Assembly: GCA_051362555.1 (NCBI GenBank)
Contig: CM120642.1
Span: forward strand, 29,140,001 to 29,204,000
Direction: 5' to 3'
DNA from: Lingula anatina
Lineage: Eukaryota; Animalia; Brachiopoda
Length of the DNA: 64,000 bases
Positions 37,901 through 51,388 of the stretch are shown here, one piece after another (positions within the stretch are counted from its first letter, which is position 1; the number at the start of each line of letters is the position of its first letter). A program made the translations under genes and the position numbers. Under the pieces are notes generated by a model, which worked only from the letters and a program-made list of their open reading frames with translations, was not told where the DNA came from and did not search any database.

Positions 37901-40900
37901 AGAAAATTTGTTCTTCCAGGGACACCCAGTATAAAGGCAATGACTGATGACTGAGAAAAATATGATAAGAGGTATCAATGGAAATAACTCAGTGATGTAG
38001 TTTAAGCTCTGCCTTAAAGATGTACTTTGATGTGTCAGGAGTACTGACTAAATGAAGGAGAAAAAGTAGAAAGCAATTAGTGATGAAATCTATACCCTAA
38101 CCCCATTTTACTTGAAGCCTGTTTTTTTTTTTTAAAACCATTTTCATTCATGAAAACTAAACTGAGTACGCACATTGGTGTTTACTATAAGAAATGTTAG
38201 GGAGGATTTGACATTCCATTAATTTATACATGTAGTATGTAGTAGCATTTGTATTATGGAGAGTTTAGAGTTGTTTTTTCTTTAGTATAGGCATTATTAA
38301 TCTGTCTGCAATGTCAGCAGTACATCAAAAATTCCAGTTAGAAAAGTTGCTATTTAAAGAAACAAAGGCTCTGTCAGATTAGTTGCAAATAACAGAATCA
38401 TTCATCTTAAAGCAAACACACAAATGACAGACACATAAAAACATACGGACACATGCACACATGAACCAAGCATACTTTATCACGAGGAGCATCTGCTTGA
38501 GTAGTCTGATCTGCGTCAGACTTCTTCATGTTGTTTGCCTGGAAAACATTGAACAAATTTTGAAAACAAAACCACACAGCAGTGGGGTTTTCAAAAAATA
38601 CATGAATTTTTATCGCAGACATAAAATTTAACAAAAAATTAAAATCTACAAAGTGGTTCATGCTAATTTGTTGAACACATGCTAATTTTTTATACATGAT
38701 AACATAAATAACTATGTAACAAACAAGGGAATGACAAAATCATAGCAAAATTAATATGTACACATACTGGTGCACAAACATAACTGTATGTACAAATGCA
38801 CTGGCATGCACTTAAAGTCACTTTAACACAAACACATACTTTATCCAGAGAAGCCTGCACTTCAGTAGCCTTCTCTGTATCAGACTTATTCATGTCTTTT
38901 GCCTGAAAAAAAATTGTATTCAATTTTGGGAAAAAATACATTTATATGAACAGAGTAAAAATAGACTGGTCCATGGTAATTATGTATTTATTTTCTTTAA
39001 CAGACACTAAAAAGATGAAATAAACAACTTTGAAAGAAAAAAGCAAATGACAGCAACATAAAATATGTACTGATACACACAAATAACCAAGCATACTTTA
39101 TCAAGTGAAGCCTGTGCTTCAGTTGCCTGTTCTGTGTCAGATTTCTTCACTTCTTCTGCCTGAAAATTGTAATTTATTCATTTGGATAAAAATTAACTAA
39201 TATCAACAAAGTAAAAAAAGAGTAATGGAAATGAAGGATATCCACTGCATACCTATATATGCTTATTTTCTTGAACTGCCTCCGCACAGATGATACAACC
39301 AACTTAGAAAGAAGCAAAAGACCAAACATCATTAAAAAAAAAAAAACAGGTACACATAAACATACATATAAACACTACATTAATAAATAAACATTTATAT
39401 AAATATATAAATAAACCTACATCATCATTGGTGACCTGTGCTTTAATATTCTTCTCAGTATTAAACTTCTTCTTTTTCTTGGCCTCTTTCTTGCTCCTTT
39501 CTGCTTTGATGGCCAGTGGGTCTACCCCAGTCAGCCTAAACATACTGTCCATGAAGTGCTGGGCATTGGCATAGTACAGGACTGACTCATAGTGGAAGAT
39601 CTTCACCCCAGATGGAAGCTCTTCAACCTAGAAAAACAGGGCATATAGTGACTATGGGTGCTTTCCCAGAGATTTAGATCGATCTAAAGATTAAGATTTA
39701 GATCGACATAACTCCCTGGGGGTTCACGCTAAATTGCAGTCAGCCGAGCAGGCATCATAGTTAATTACCCCCTTACAGCTTTTAGTAGGCGGGACAGACG
39801 CTTAAGCCGGCCAAGCTGACAGTAATCTATTGAGACTCCCCACAGGGATAGATCGATCTAAAAATCTATGGAAATGGGGTGTATGATGGAAATTCATCTG
39901 TATTGTTTCAAAACCTTGGAACTAGTTAGTCCGCACAGTTACATTGGGAATGGACCCTTAGACAATCTATTATAATGTCACAGTGGTACTGAAATACAGC
40001 GAATAATGAGGACAGATTATAAAAAGCACTTTCAAAAAGAAATAATGGAACCACATGGCACCGTTTTTGTACTAGTATGGCGGCTACATGTGGGCACCAG
40101 ATATCACATGGCTTGTTTTGGTAACCTGTATTTTCAGCACAAAACTCGTTTATTTAAACAGTTCAATTACCGTTGGACAAAACACACATATTAAATAGCA
40201 CAAAATCTAAGTTCATAAATGACATAAAATGCAGAGAAAACAAAATTTGTGCAAGATCCATATAACAACAGAAAACTACTCAAGTGTAACAAACCCACCT
40301 TTCTGTAATATTTTGGATCTCTGTAGAAATCGGTGTGTGCAATATGTCCATAGACACTAGCCTTTGGCCTGAAAAGAAAAAAATGATATAGATTAAAATG
40401 CCAACAGACAGACGGGCAAAGCAACACACATGCTTAAACATGCGCACATTTAAGCAAGCACAACTTTAACTTAAATTTTATTATTTCTGTCCCATGACAT
40501 ATATAAATAACTAATAAAAAGTATTAAATTAAGTAGAGGAAAAACTGATTTATCTAACTAACTTGGTACATGTAAATCTTTCATCTTCCTCTTTCAATGA
40601 TTGACTTGATTTTTATGCCAGGTGCAATTATGTTATTAGCATATCCTTAAATAAAGGTGTTATATAATCAACTTGTATATTTTTGCCTTAATATTGAAAC
40701 CTTACACAACATCCCTTGGCCTTAAAGAATATGTCCAAATGTGGAAAAGGTGCAAAATATGACCAATATGTGAGTTTTTCTTCTCTTATCAAATAAAAAG
40801 AAGAAAAAAAAACTGATTCCTAACTTGTAGAAAAAAAGATTATCAAAATTTTCTTTTATAAGCTTAGTCAATCCATTCCAATGAAACAAATACAATATAA

Positions 40901-43900
40901 ATCACCTTTTGACAATGTTTTGCCTAATTTTTTTAGTGAAATTATTACGTTTATTAAGTTTGGCTAATTAATTATTTAAAGACATCACACAAGACAGCCT
41001 CTACATAACTTACCATTGTGTTCTTAGAATAATGGTCAGAAAAGAGAAGACAACACCCACGAGAAGTCCCAAGTCCATTCCCAGCAGAACAACAGACAGA
41101 AAAGTCACCAGCCATATTGCCTTAAAAATGCAAGTCATCAAAAAATATCTATCACAGAAAGCCTTCTTTAGCAAATCATAAAGATCAAAAAGATATCTTA
41201 TGAGGTCATATGAAGTTGTGGACCAATAGTTCTCGAGTAATAGGCCTCTTTGTATAACGCCCAGGTAAAGAAATTAATTGTACAATTATAAGTAATAAAA
41301 GTTTGCATGCATTGGCCATACATAGGAAATAAGTTTATAAGCGATCGGATTTGATATCCCGGGGAGGAGGGAGTAAGACAGAAAGACTAAGGAGTAAAAA
41401 AAGATTGTTTAATATACTTACAGCATCAAATTTTGATACCCTGCACAGTCGCTTCAGCTCAAGTACCTGCAGAAACATACCCTTCAGTGCCACTATGATT
41501 ATACTGGACAAGACACACTGGAAGAAATCATTAAATTTTTTAAATGTCTGTATAAACAGGTTGTTCAGTTCGCTCAATGTTTTGAAGCAAAAAAACTCCA
41601 TTCAAACAAATTTTGATCATGCATTTGCACTTGTACCCTAATAACAGGTGAACCTTTTCCCTTTATGACATATCCAAATGCGTTTTCCATCAGTGAGTTG
41701 ATTTAGTTCAATCAGAAGAATATCTCTCAGCCATTATGAAAAGTGCCTTGGTCAACACTTTACAACAATACCTTTTTATTCATTGATTTGGTAGAAGATG
41801 AAAGATTACAATTTAACAATTATCTAGTGGTAGACTGATTGACCTAAAAACCAGACAGCTTCAAGTGCCTCTGTAGAAATAATATGTAACCAAATACAAC
41901 ACAAAGATACCATAGGAGTAATTTATGAGAAGTGGAAAGTTTTTTTTTTTCAAAAAGAACATCTGGCATTTTAAGGCAAAATCCAAAGCTTTGCCATCAA
42001 CTATGGAGTATGCTGGTCGAACAATATAATGCATTCAAAGGAAAGAAATATAAACTCACTCTGGGTGTTGTCTTGAATAGTGGCGCCATCACCAGAATCA
42101 CAATGAGTACAAATGTACTGGAGATTAAACCTGCAACCTGAGAAGAAAAAAATTGAATCAATCCATTTTTCCTCCGCTCCCTCCCTCTCTCTACTCTAAA
42201 TGATATACTCTACACTACAAACCTATCATATAAAGATACCCCCCAAAAATAAAAATAATAACATATCCCCTACCACAATCTGTATACAGATGCAAAGGTG
42301 ATTCACATAAAAATTATGTGAAACTTCCATTATATTGATCATAAATGATCAGCCTACAAGCAAATAAATACAACTATAAGAGTTAACAGTAAAGTACGAA
42401 CTGGAACACAATCATTGGTTTAACAAATTCTCCCTGTCAGTTTTAGCACAACACTGTCCTTTAAGTGAAAATGCTTAACCAATTTCATGAAAATGCTGAA
42501 CTATTTATAGGTATAAATGTAAAATTATATATATAATCCTTATCTTTATCATCATGTTTAACAAAATGCTGTAGCTGTATTGTAAGGTACAGTAGTACAT
42601 TGTACCTGTACATAAAACAACTATGGTAGTGTTATACAATATTTGAAGACTCACTATATTTTTTTTCAAAAGAGAGACCAACCGTTGGCAAAAATCCAAA
42701 CCCCGGTGAAGGACAGTTTCATAACTCATCACACCCTTACATAAAACAGACATATATGAAATTCCAGTCTGATTATTTCATTCAGTTGCTTCCTGAGGCA
42801 AGAATAAACATAATTTGAATCCAATTAAGATTGTTGTATAAACCTAACTGATATCCAGTCCAGCAATTATACAATTAACACATCCCTTTCACACATCCGT
42901 TTCAGCAAGTAGTTAATATGACAGAAATATAGGTCTAATCAGCTAAATTAAAGATAATGAAATTGTAAATTATGTCTATTAACACTGTTCACACTCACTT
43001 TACACCTGACAATGCTTTCTTTATTACATATAGTATGCACCTCATATCACTTTAATACAAATGTGAATATATTTCTAGGTACAAAAAATATAATTTCCTT
43101 TTTTTATGTAATTGTTACCATACTTAAAATACAAGCGTCTTTTTGTACTTTAGCCAAGTACCTTTCTCCAACACCCCCTTACTGAAGCCACTGATAGACT
43201 TACATGTACCATGAGAAGTAGATGGAGTGAGGGCATATTCACAATCAAAGTTGATCCGCAGACTAACGAATCCACAGATCAAATATGTCCGACCCACTTG
43301 AAATCTTACCACGTACTTCCCATGGAGATTCTATTAAAATGTCCATTAGGGGATTATGCAGCAAGCTTTCAAGTGGGTCTGCCATGTTTGATCTGTGGAT
43401 CTGTTAGTATATGGATCAACTCTCTCTGAATGCGCTCTAACTGCCTTTCACAGGTGGGGGTTCATTTTGGGAGGTTATATAAAATTATCCTTCACTTAAC
43501 TCATAAACCCTGTCACCTTCTTGGCCCATTAATTCAATAATTATAAAATGAGAGAGTGAAATCCAATTGTCAACATCCTGGTGCAAGGCTAAAAACAGCT
43601 TTAGTTAAGATGCTGTTGGGTGTGGCCACAGTTCCCTTCCATACATGCTTGAAAACTAACTCATTGCTCTGCAGATGTATGAAGTGCATACTCTCATTTG
43701 TGTACCAGACCAGGATTGATTTTTAATTTACATGTATGAGAGACACCATCTAACCCTAACTAACAGTGACTGAAATATTAATACTTAAATGCACTCAATA
43801 TATATATACAAACTGACGAAAAAAGGATTAACCTGACAGACAAACATGCACTAAAATTTCGAAGTGAAATTCTAACCATCATCACAAGAATCAGACACTG

Positions 43901-46900
43901 AAACAATGAGCATTTAACCAACTCATGATTATGTAGCACCTGCCACATCTAAATTGGAAATTTAGCCTTAGGCTTTTATTATTTGAAAGTATACTATCAG
44001 TGTTTGAAAATGTCACAAGGACAAAGTACAGTAATATATTGTCTCTATTTCAATTCTGCAAAATTAATATAATATTTTCCCCAATCCAGATGTTAAAAAA
44101 AACCCTCAAAGTACTTGATGTCAAAAGTCCCTTCTGAAATGTACAGGGAGTCACATAGCTGTCCAAGTGACTGGACAATATGAAAACCTTGGTAGAATAC
44201 CTTTAACCTTACAATAAAAAAAAATCTTGAACTTAAAATGACCTTGACCTCTCTATCAACCTTTGACCTTTACCTGAGTTTTGCCCCCTGTCACTTCCTG
44301 CATCATACTCCTGGACAATGCAGCACAACAGGTAAAACCTTGGAAAAATGAGTTGAAAACATTGCAAATTCCATAGGAAATCAGCTCCTGTAACATATGA
44401 TAATAAACATTCATCTATTGGTCAATTTACCTTTTCATTTTGTACAGTGTCAATCAATCATTAAGTATTATTTAAAGTTAATTCAGAATAAAATACAACA
44501 TTTAGCTGCAACTAATTTCTAAAATTTGGATTTCTTTTGAGGAAGAATAAGTTCAAAATGCACTTAACTTGAACTATCTATCAAGATCTGTTAATTTATT
44601 ATTTGGTCCTGAATCATGAAAACTGAATGAACATAATTACAAATAATAACTTTTTAAATCTAAAAAATATGGAATTATTTTTGCTCAATACCTGGTTTCC
44701 ATCCACAGTGTAGTTTTGTTTCTTAGCTAGCATCTTAGCCAAGGATATAGAGATAGTGAAAGCCACTATGGCTATACTGAAGGCATCAATTATTAACTGG
44801 CCACTATTCTGTTCACCTAACTCAGGTGTCTGTGGACTGGGAATACTGCAATCAAAATGCAACATTTCTTTTAGTTAATGAAAAAAGCATCCTGGGCTAT
44901 GTCTGGCAATTTTTGTTTTAATCCAGTAATTATATATTCAAGCAATAATAAAAGAAATCAAATAGAGTCTTATTTTCTACAGAAATGATTAATCATCTGA
45001 TGATTTTATAAACTATCACTAACAAGGCAGTGGACACAAATTAAATCTGACCTCTGTTAAGGAGGTTTAGTCAGTCCATTTGTCACCAGCCTAACTCAAA
45101 AAGTTACAGATGGTTTTTGATGAAATTTTCAGGATATGTCAAAAATGGGCTAACTTTGAAATAATTAGACTTTGTTGATGATCAATTAATTAATTAAAGG
45201 TTAATTATTTGTCTTGGCAGAGGTCTGAGCTCTTTCTGTGATTTCATAATTTATTTTTACGTTTAATCACAAGGATAGGTAAAAGTCACCTGCTGGTTAA
45301 TCAAAGTTATTAAAAAATGATATAAATAAATAAATAAATATTTACCCTGTTGGGATGTTTCCAACTACTACAACCCCATATCTTTCATCAATCTTGGTAA
45401 GATATGTAATGGCAGTGCTTAGTATTACCTGTCAAAATAATTTAAAATCAATTAACATTAGTCAATGAATGGATAGAATGAGACAAAAAAAAGAAAAAAT
45501 ACATAATTATCAAATCAATTCACTGTATAAGGAAAAATTTTCAATGGCAATCTTGGAAGTGAGATGTGTGCCAAAAAATTGAGCAAAACATCAGAAGCCA
45601 TTTTCAATTTCAATTTCAACTTTAAAAATCTAAAAAAAAAAATCTTTCCAAACATTATCAGCATACTTTTGTATGTGTGCATGCATGTTTAGTAGTTAGT
45701 AATGAGCACAGTGAAGTCACAGTGCTGGATCGATCCAGGTGGACTCGTTGGATTCATCTAAGACTGGGATCCCATCACCCTAGCAGCTTTAGTAGGCAAG
45801 ACAGAGATTTAAGCCACTTAGATGGAATGCAATTTAGTGAGAATCTCCTTGAAGACAGATCGTTCCTGCTAGTACGCCAGGGTTATGGAAATGGCCTCAA
45901 GTAGAACAGAAGCTGTACTCACCACAATCAGCTCTATAGGCACAGGGACCTTGAGTTTCTTCCTATACCTGGCATTGATGCATTCCTTCACCAGGATCAG
46001 GGTGATCATACACAAGATAGACATTATTATGCTCACTATGTTAGCATCTGGCATACCCTTCAATATCTCTATCATAAACTGAAAGTTAAAGATATGCTAT
46101 GAATTTCAAAGGCATTGTGGCATTCTCACTGCATAAATAATGTAAAATAAGAGTGTGGTGACTAAAATTTACTCCCAGTCCAAGAAAAGTAAAGTATGTC
46201 TTTATCAACTTACGTGTATGCCTTTATCAACTTCATACTTATTAAGAATTATAAGTACAATTACTGTAAAATTTCCGCTATCTAAACTTAGACACCTTCC
46301 TTCACTGAAGTTCTGGTAAATCAAACACAAGCAACTAGCTAAAGCATTCTATTCTACCTTGATGAGTTTAAATGGATTTCCAATCTTGCTACTAGTGACA
46401 TGAATCCCAAAGACTTCTTTAATCTGTGAAGTGACCACATAGAGGGCAGCACCAAGCATAAAACCACTGATCAGAGCATCAGACAAGTAGACCACCATGA
46501 AACCAAGACCAAATATCCCTAAAAACAGCTGGAAATAAAAAACGGTTGGATTATTTTCCACTATTGATACCACAGTACTGAGTAGCTGAAAAATTATTTT
46601 AATACTTATAAAAAATCGTTCAAAAAAAAAAAAAAAAAAAAATAGATAAACATCATTTTACATTTGTGATACAACTGAGACTGAGTCTACACTAATTTGA
46701 AAAAGCAGCTGTTATTAGGAACTTGAATAATTAGTTGGAGATGTCTGCTAAAATCACCCTATTAGCAACTGAAGTCACTCAAGCTAATATTCCATTTCAG
46801 CTAACACAAATATTTTCACAAAATCAATGTTTAACTGATGTAAAATAATATTCTTTTTCCACTTTATAATGTTTTGCATTAAAATTTTATAAGCTATCAA

Positions 46901-47525
46901 TCTTTTAAATTACATAAAAAATTATCAAATTATATCGATCTTTAATAAAAAGCATAAGGTCTCTCATACAAGTACCTGCCACAGCCCTGTGAACATTGCT
47001 AGTGAAGTGGCCACACCCACTTTGAAGAGCACACAATCTGGGTCTGTATTGGTGTCTCCATCACACACCCCCATGGCACTGGTCCCCGTGATACTACCAA
47101 TACTCCAGTTCCCTGTGGAATTCTCGGTATTTGAAGCTGGTGGGATGTAGTTGTTTATAGCCTCTCTGTTGACTACTTGCCCCACCATCAGAGATACCAC
47201 TGCCATTGTGCCTGGAGGTGGACAAAATGTGACACTTAAAGTGACTGCTTGGGAGAGATACGTATGTTATTTTTAAAAGCTTGTTATTATCATCTTAAAT
47301 AATCCTGAACTCATTTATTAGAAGCTTATAATTCCCTTTCAAATAATTAAAATTAAATGACAATTCTAGCTCAGAAATGTGTTTGGTTAAATGCTGAAGG
47401 TAACTGATATTTATATATTTTTTTCATTCTTTCTTTCTTTTTGTTGAGGGGGGTCAATAAAGGCAAACTGCTTAAGATGGCATTTAAAATCACAATTTTC
47501 TTTTTTGAATTTTTTTTTATTGATA

Positions 47526-47561
<36 letters not shown>

Positions 47562-48564
47562 AGTGTGTGTGTGCACGCATGCATGTGTGTTAATTCAATA
47601 ATAACGGCCCCTTAAACATGTAGGCAGAGGTCTGCATATTTTGCACATGTCTATGTGTAGTACATGTCTATGTGTAGTACATGTAAGGCACATCATATGT
47701 ACGTGTATCAAAATATCAAATTTATATAACATGTATCAAAATATCAAAATTGTATAACCAGGATTAAAATGAACTGGGATGAGTTTTCTACAATTACAAC
47801 TGTAGGTTACTGTAATAATTGTGGTTATAATTCTAATTCTTATAATAAGACTTACCCAAAGAGATATGCTTTGATGATCCAAAGAAAAAGTAAATAACTG
47901 ATGGGAAGAAGGACACATAGAGGCCATTTATCGAAGGAAGACCTGCCAGCAAACCATACGCCATACCTGTAAAATAAATAAATAAATAAATAAATAAATA
48001 AATATAGTTTCCTTGTACATCATTCCCATCTCAATACAAAAAGATATCTGATAGTGTTAGCTGATCAATTACAATATCTACACGATTTCCAACTTTTAGT
48101 ATACCACATCTGGGTATGGCCCCAGTTCAAGTCTGTGTGCTGTTTCTCAGTTATCATAAAAAAGGTGCCTGATAATATATTTGTCAAAATGTTGTCTAGA
48201 AATGTTTTGTTAGATTTGATTTTTCAAAATAAAAAAAAAAAAAAAATCAATCAATCAATAAATGAATAAAAAGGAATTAAAAAATAACAGCATACTATTG
48301 TGATACCAGTAATTATCTCTGGTAGGTTTACAAACATCATCACCAAATTAAATGCACAGTGTTACAAATCCTTCAGGAAATGAAAAACCTTTTAACCTAA
48401 TTTTTAGTTACATAAAATCAAAATTACACAAGGTAATTTGTGTAGTCAATCTTGGCTCACTTACTGCTGAGGCATCATCAGGCTATCACCTATCATATGA
48501 TAATTTCTGGTTATGAAACTATGAAATATAGCACACTCTGTGCCAAGTTTAAACTGTCTGTGCC

Positions 48565-48596
<32 letters not shown>

Positions 48597-50807
48597 ACTA
48601 TACTTGGCCTTTTGGAGCCCAGAGTCTAAGGGTGCATTCCCAGAGATTTAGATCGATCCAGAGATTTAGATTTAGATTTAGATCGACCTAACTCCCTGGG
48701 GGTTCACGCTAAATTGCAGTCAGCCGAGCGCGCACCATAGTTAATTACCCCCTTACAGCTATTAGTAGGCAGGACAGACGCTTAAGCCGGCTAAGCTGAC
48801 AGTAATCAAGTGAGACTCCCCACAGGAATAGATCGATCTAAAATCTATGGGAATGGGGTCTAAGAATCAATTGATCTGACAGAGAAACACAAAGGTCAGC
48901 AATTAACTGGACACATTTACATACGTTTAATTGCCCATCTTCAATTTTACCAGCAAGGTAATTTGTACAGTCAATCTTGGCTCAATTAATGCCAAGGCAT
49001 CATCATGCTGTCTTATGATAATTTCTGGTTATGAAACTATGAAATATAATACAGTCTGCGCCAAGTTAAAAACTGTCTGTGCAAGAAAAAAAATCCAACT
49101 ACTATACTTGGCCTTTTGGAGCCCAGAGTCTAAGAATCAATTGATCTGACACAGAAACAAAGGTCAGCAATAACTGGACACATTTACACACTTTCAATTG
49201 AATAGCTTCTGCAAGTAATTTGTACAGTCAATCTGGGCTCAATTACTGCAGAGGCGTCATCAGGATATCATATGATTATTTCTGGTTATGAAACTATGAA
49301 ATATAGCACAGTCTGTGCCAAAATTAGAACTGTCAGTGCCAAAATTAACTTTAAATTTCCTCTATACTTCTGGACATCATGGTTTCAGAATCAATTGACC
49401 TGACACAGAAGCAAAGATCAGTAATTACTAGTAACTGGAAAAATTTACACAATTTTAATTGCCTTGCTTTAATTTTACTAGCATTTAGCTAAAGGCCAGT
49501 GCCAACAACGTGGACTGACCCAAGTACCTTCAACAAACAAAGAGTCAGTTATCACTGAAGAATGACCACGCAAAACCAATACTCATATAGTAAACAATAT
49601 TTTTGCCAATTGTGTTTAAAGCACTTATTTTCTTTTCATTGGTGCATCTTTGAATGAATGATAGCATTGTAAATTTAGAACACAATCAACAATGGTTTCA
49701 TAATCACTGACATGCAATGCTGACAAGTGATTCTCTCTCAGTACAGAAAATTGACTGGCAAGCATTCGCTGAAAGGATGCTTCAACCAAATATGCATTAA
49801 AAAAAAACATTTCAGTAACAGCTTTTGGTAAACAAAGTTAAGCACGTGCTTTCTTTAATATATATAGTAACCAAATGTCCCTTCTCAGTAACAAATGAAT
49901 TTGTACTCCCTATTTCAACATCCTGATAAACTCTTGTATCAAGATCAAAATTATTAAAAATTTTTTTACAATATAAAGAATTTGAAAAAAATTCATTAGG
50001 CAGGCCTATTTTCCAACATTTTCCAACTGACCCTTTCCAGCGGATCTTTGATTAGGATAAAAATGAGTAAAGAGCCAAAATTATTTTTTAAAACGGTTTA
50101 AAAATGCAAGGATTAAATTGCTCTTTTTTTTCCGGAGGGAGGGGGGGGGGGGAGGTACTACATATGAAATACATAAGACACTTTTGACTTAATGGCCTAC
50201 ATATACACTGGCCTCTTGGTTCAAGCTTGTAACACCTGTTATTATTCCAATTATTTTCCCAAAAAAATTACCACTTCAAATCACTCATTAAAGGATGTAA
50301 TTCCAACTAGCTATTGAAAACCAGAGCTTTTATCTTTGTCATATATTACAAATCGACATAATAACAAAGTCTTTTTGGAAAGACAATTGTATGATTTTAT
50401 TTGAGATACGTTAGTAACAATTACCTGATCTCCTTATTGACCTGTTTATAAATAGTAAATGACTCACCATGTGGTAAATGCATAATAGCTACTGTCAATC
50501 CAGCAATCAAATCATTGAAAAGCCACACTGGAAACTGATAGTTTGCCATTGATATAATAAAAGGGAACAGCCTTCCCAGGCAGCTTCTACAACGATCTCT
50601 TGAGCAAAAGCCATCAGAACAATGCTTCTTTCTCAGAGACTTTAACTTCTCAACCACAAAATGTCCTCTTTCTGGTTCAGTGTAGTTAAATTCTTTGTCA
50701 AAAGCCTCTTGTGTATACAGTGGTCTCTGTATCGTAATCATGGCTTCTTTGGGTGGATCTTGCACCACACTGGAGTTTTCCTGGTCATCAGTAGTAGCGT
50801 TTTCCAT
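34103..50807 (-). CDS. SLC26/SulP anion transporter, prestin/pendrin-like (~837 aa); exons 50807-50468, 47966-47856, 47211-46976, 46528-46358, 46078-45923, 45428-45346, 44845-44692, 44387-44274, 42137-42060, 41517-41422, 41120-41014, 40368-40299, 39627-39421, 39159-39097, 38902-38840, 38538-38476, 37185-37123, 35693-35523, 34805-34751, 34215-34103
   Basis: Phase-compatible GT-AG exons total 2514 nt. Motifs: [70 protein letters not shown]...GGKTQ. STAS domain: [26 protein letters not shown] probable non-coding first exon has its donor at ~51972. The specific SLC26A orthologue is not assignable. Confidence 0.92.
34673..34990. repeat. (CT)n(CA)n at 34673-34728 and (CT)n(GT)n at 34947-34990, flanking SLC26 exon 34751-34805
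   Basis: Read directly from the sequence. Confidence 0.9.
36501..36726 (-). mobile_element. Harbinger/Tourist-like MITE, family 1 copy
   Basis: Reverse-oriented copy with a TAA duplication on both sides (36498-36500, 36727-36729). Confidence 0.9.
39656..39881 (+). mobile_element. Harbinger/Tourist-like MITE, family 1 copy
   Basis: TAT duplication on both sides. Sits ~26 nt from an SLC26 splice acceptor. Confidence 0.9.
43231..43437. mobile_element. Palindromic MITE, second family
   Basis: AGTTGATCCGCAGACTAACGAATCCACAGATCAAATATGTCCGACCCACTTGAAA pairs imperfectly with TTTCAAGTGGGTCTGCCATGTTTGATCTGTGGATCTGTTAGTATATGGATCAACT. Ends GGGC/GCTC; flanks TGA/TAA. Confidence 0.7.
45047..45242 (+). 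mobile_element. Short degenerate HINE-like element
   Basis: 5' hairpin ACCTCTGTTAAGGAGGT, inverted 3' subTIR TTGGCAGAGGTC, core ...AACTCAAAAAGTTACAGATGGTTTTTGATGAAATTTTCAGG. Confidence 0.5.
45720..45897. mobile_element. Older diverged relative of MITE family 1
   Basis: Shares CAGCTTTAGTAGGC..GACAGA..TTAAGCC, GCAATTTAG and a TATGGAAATGG end. Confidence 0.6.
48430..49480. repeat. Three-copy ~260-290-bp tandem repeat in an SLC26 intron; copy 1 is interrupted by a MITE
   Basis: Unit start (A/G)GTAATTTGT..AGTCAATCT at ~48431, 48956 and 49213. All copies share ATTTCTGGTTATGAAACTATGAAATATA. Confidence 0.88.
48630..48860 (+). mobile_element. Harbinger/Tourist-like MITE, family 1 copy with a demonstrable TAA target-site duplication
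   Basis: Filled site: CCCAGAGTC-TAA-[element]-TAA-GAATCAATTG. Empty paralogous site: CCCAGAGTC-TAA-GAATCAATTG at 49122-49143. Confidence 0.95.
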
Positions 50808-51130
50808 GTTTGCCTCTAAGAAAAAAAAATACCAACAGATTACCATTTAATTATAATACAGAGCTGCATGCACACACACACACACGTGTTTGTAAATAAA
50901 TAAATAAATGAACATCTTTATACCAGGTTTGGCATCACAAACAAAAAGACTCCCACGTGATGTATCTACATGGACTAGTACATGTATAGTAGCTGTTACT
51001 GAAGCACACACGTACTCAGCACGTCATGCATGACTATGAAATGCACCATGTCTGGGCCTTTAGTTCTCTTTATGTCTCATGGCACAAGACAGAAACTGCA
51101 AGGTTTATGTTACATGCACCGGTGCTTTAT

Positions 51131-51388
51131 GGACCATTCCCAGACCCTAGTGTACTAACTGTGGATTGATCTATTTCCAAGGGAATTCTCGCTAAATTGC
51201 AATCAAGTTAAGTGGCTTAGATGTCTGTCAAGCCTACTGAAGCTGTTAGGGGGTAATTAATTATCATTAAGCAGCTTTAGTAGGTGTGCCGGACATCTAA
51301 CCTGCTTAAGCTGAAAGCAATTTAGCAAGAAACCCTTTTGGAGATGGATCGATCCTGTTAAATTGATCTAGGTATGGGAACCCAGTCT
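51131..51388. mobile_element. Older palindromic relative of MITE family 1
   Basis: Two inverted halves (GCTAAATTGC...GCCTACTGAAGCTG / CAGCTTTAGTAGG...GCAATTTAGC). Ends CATTCCCA...TGGGAA. Confidence 0.65.
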
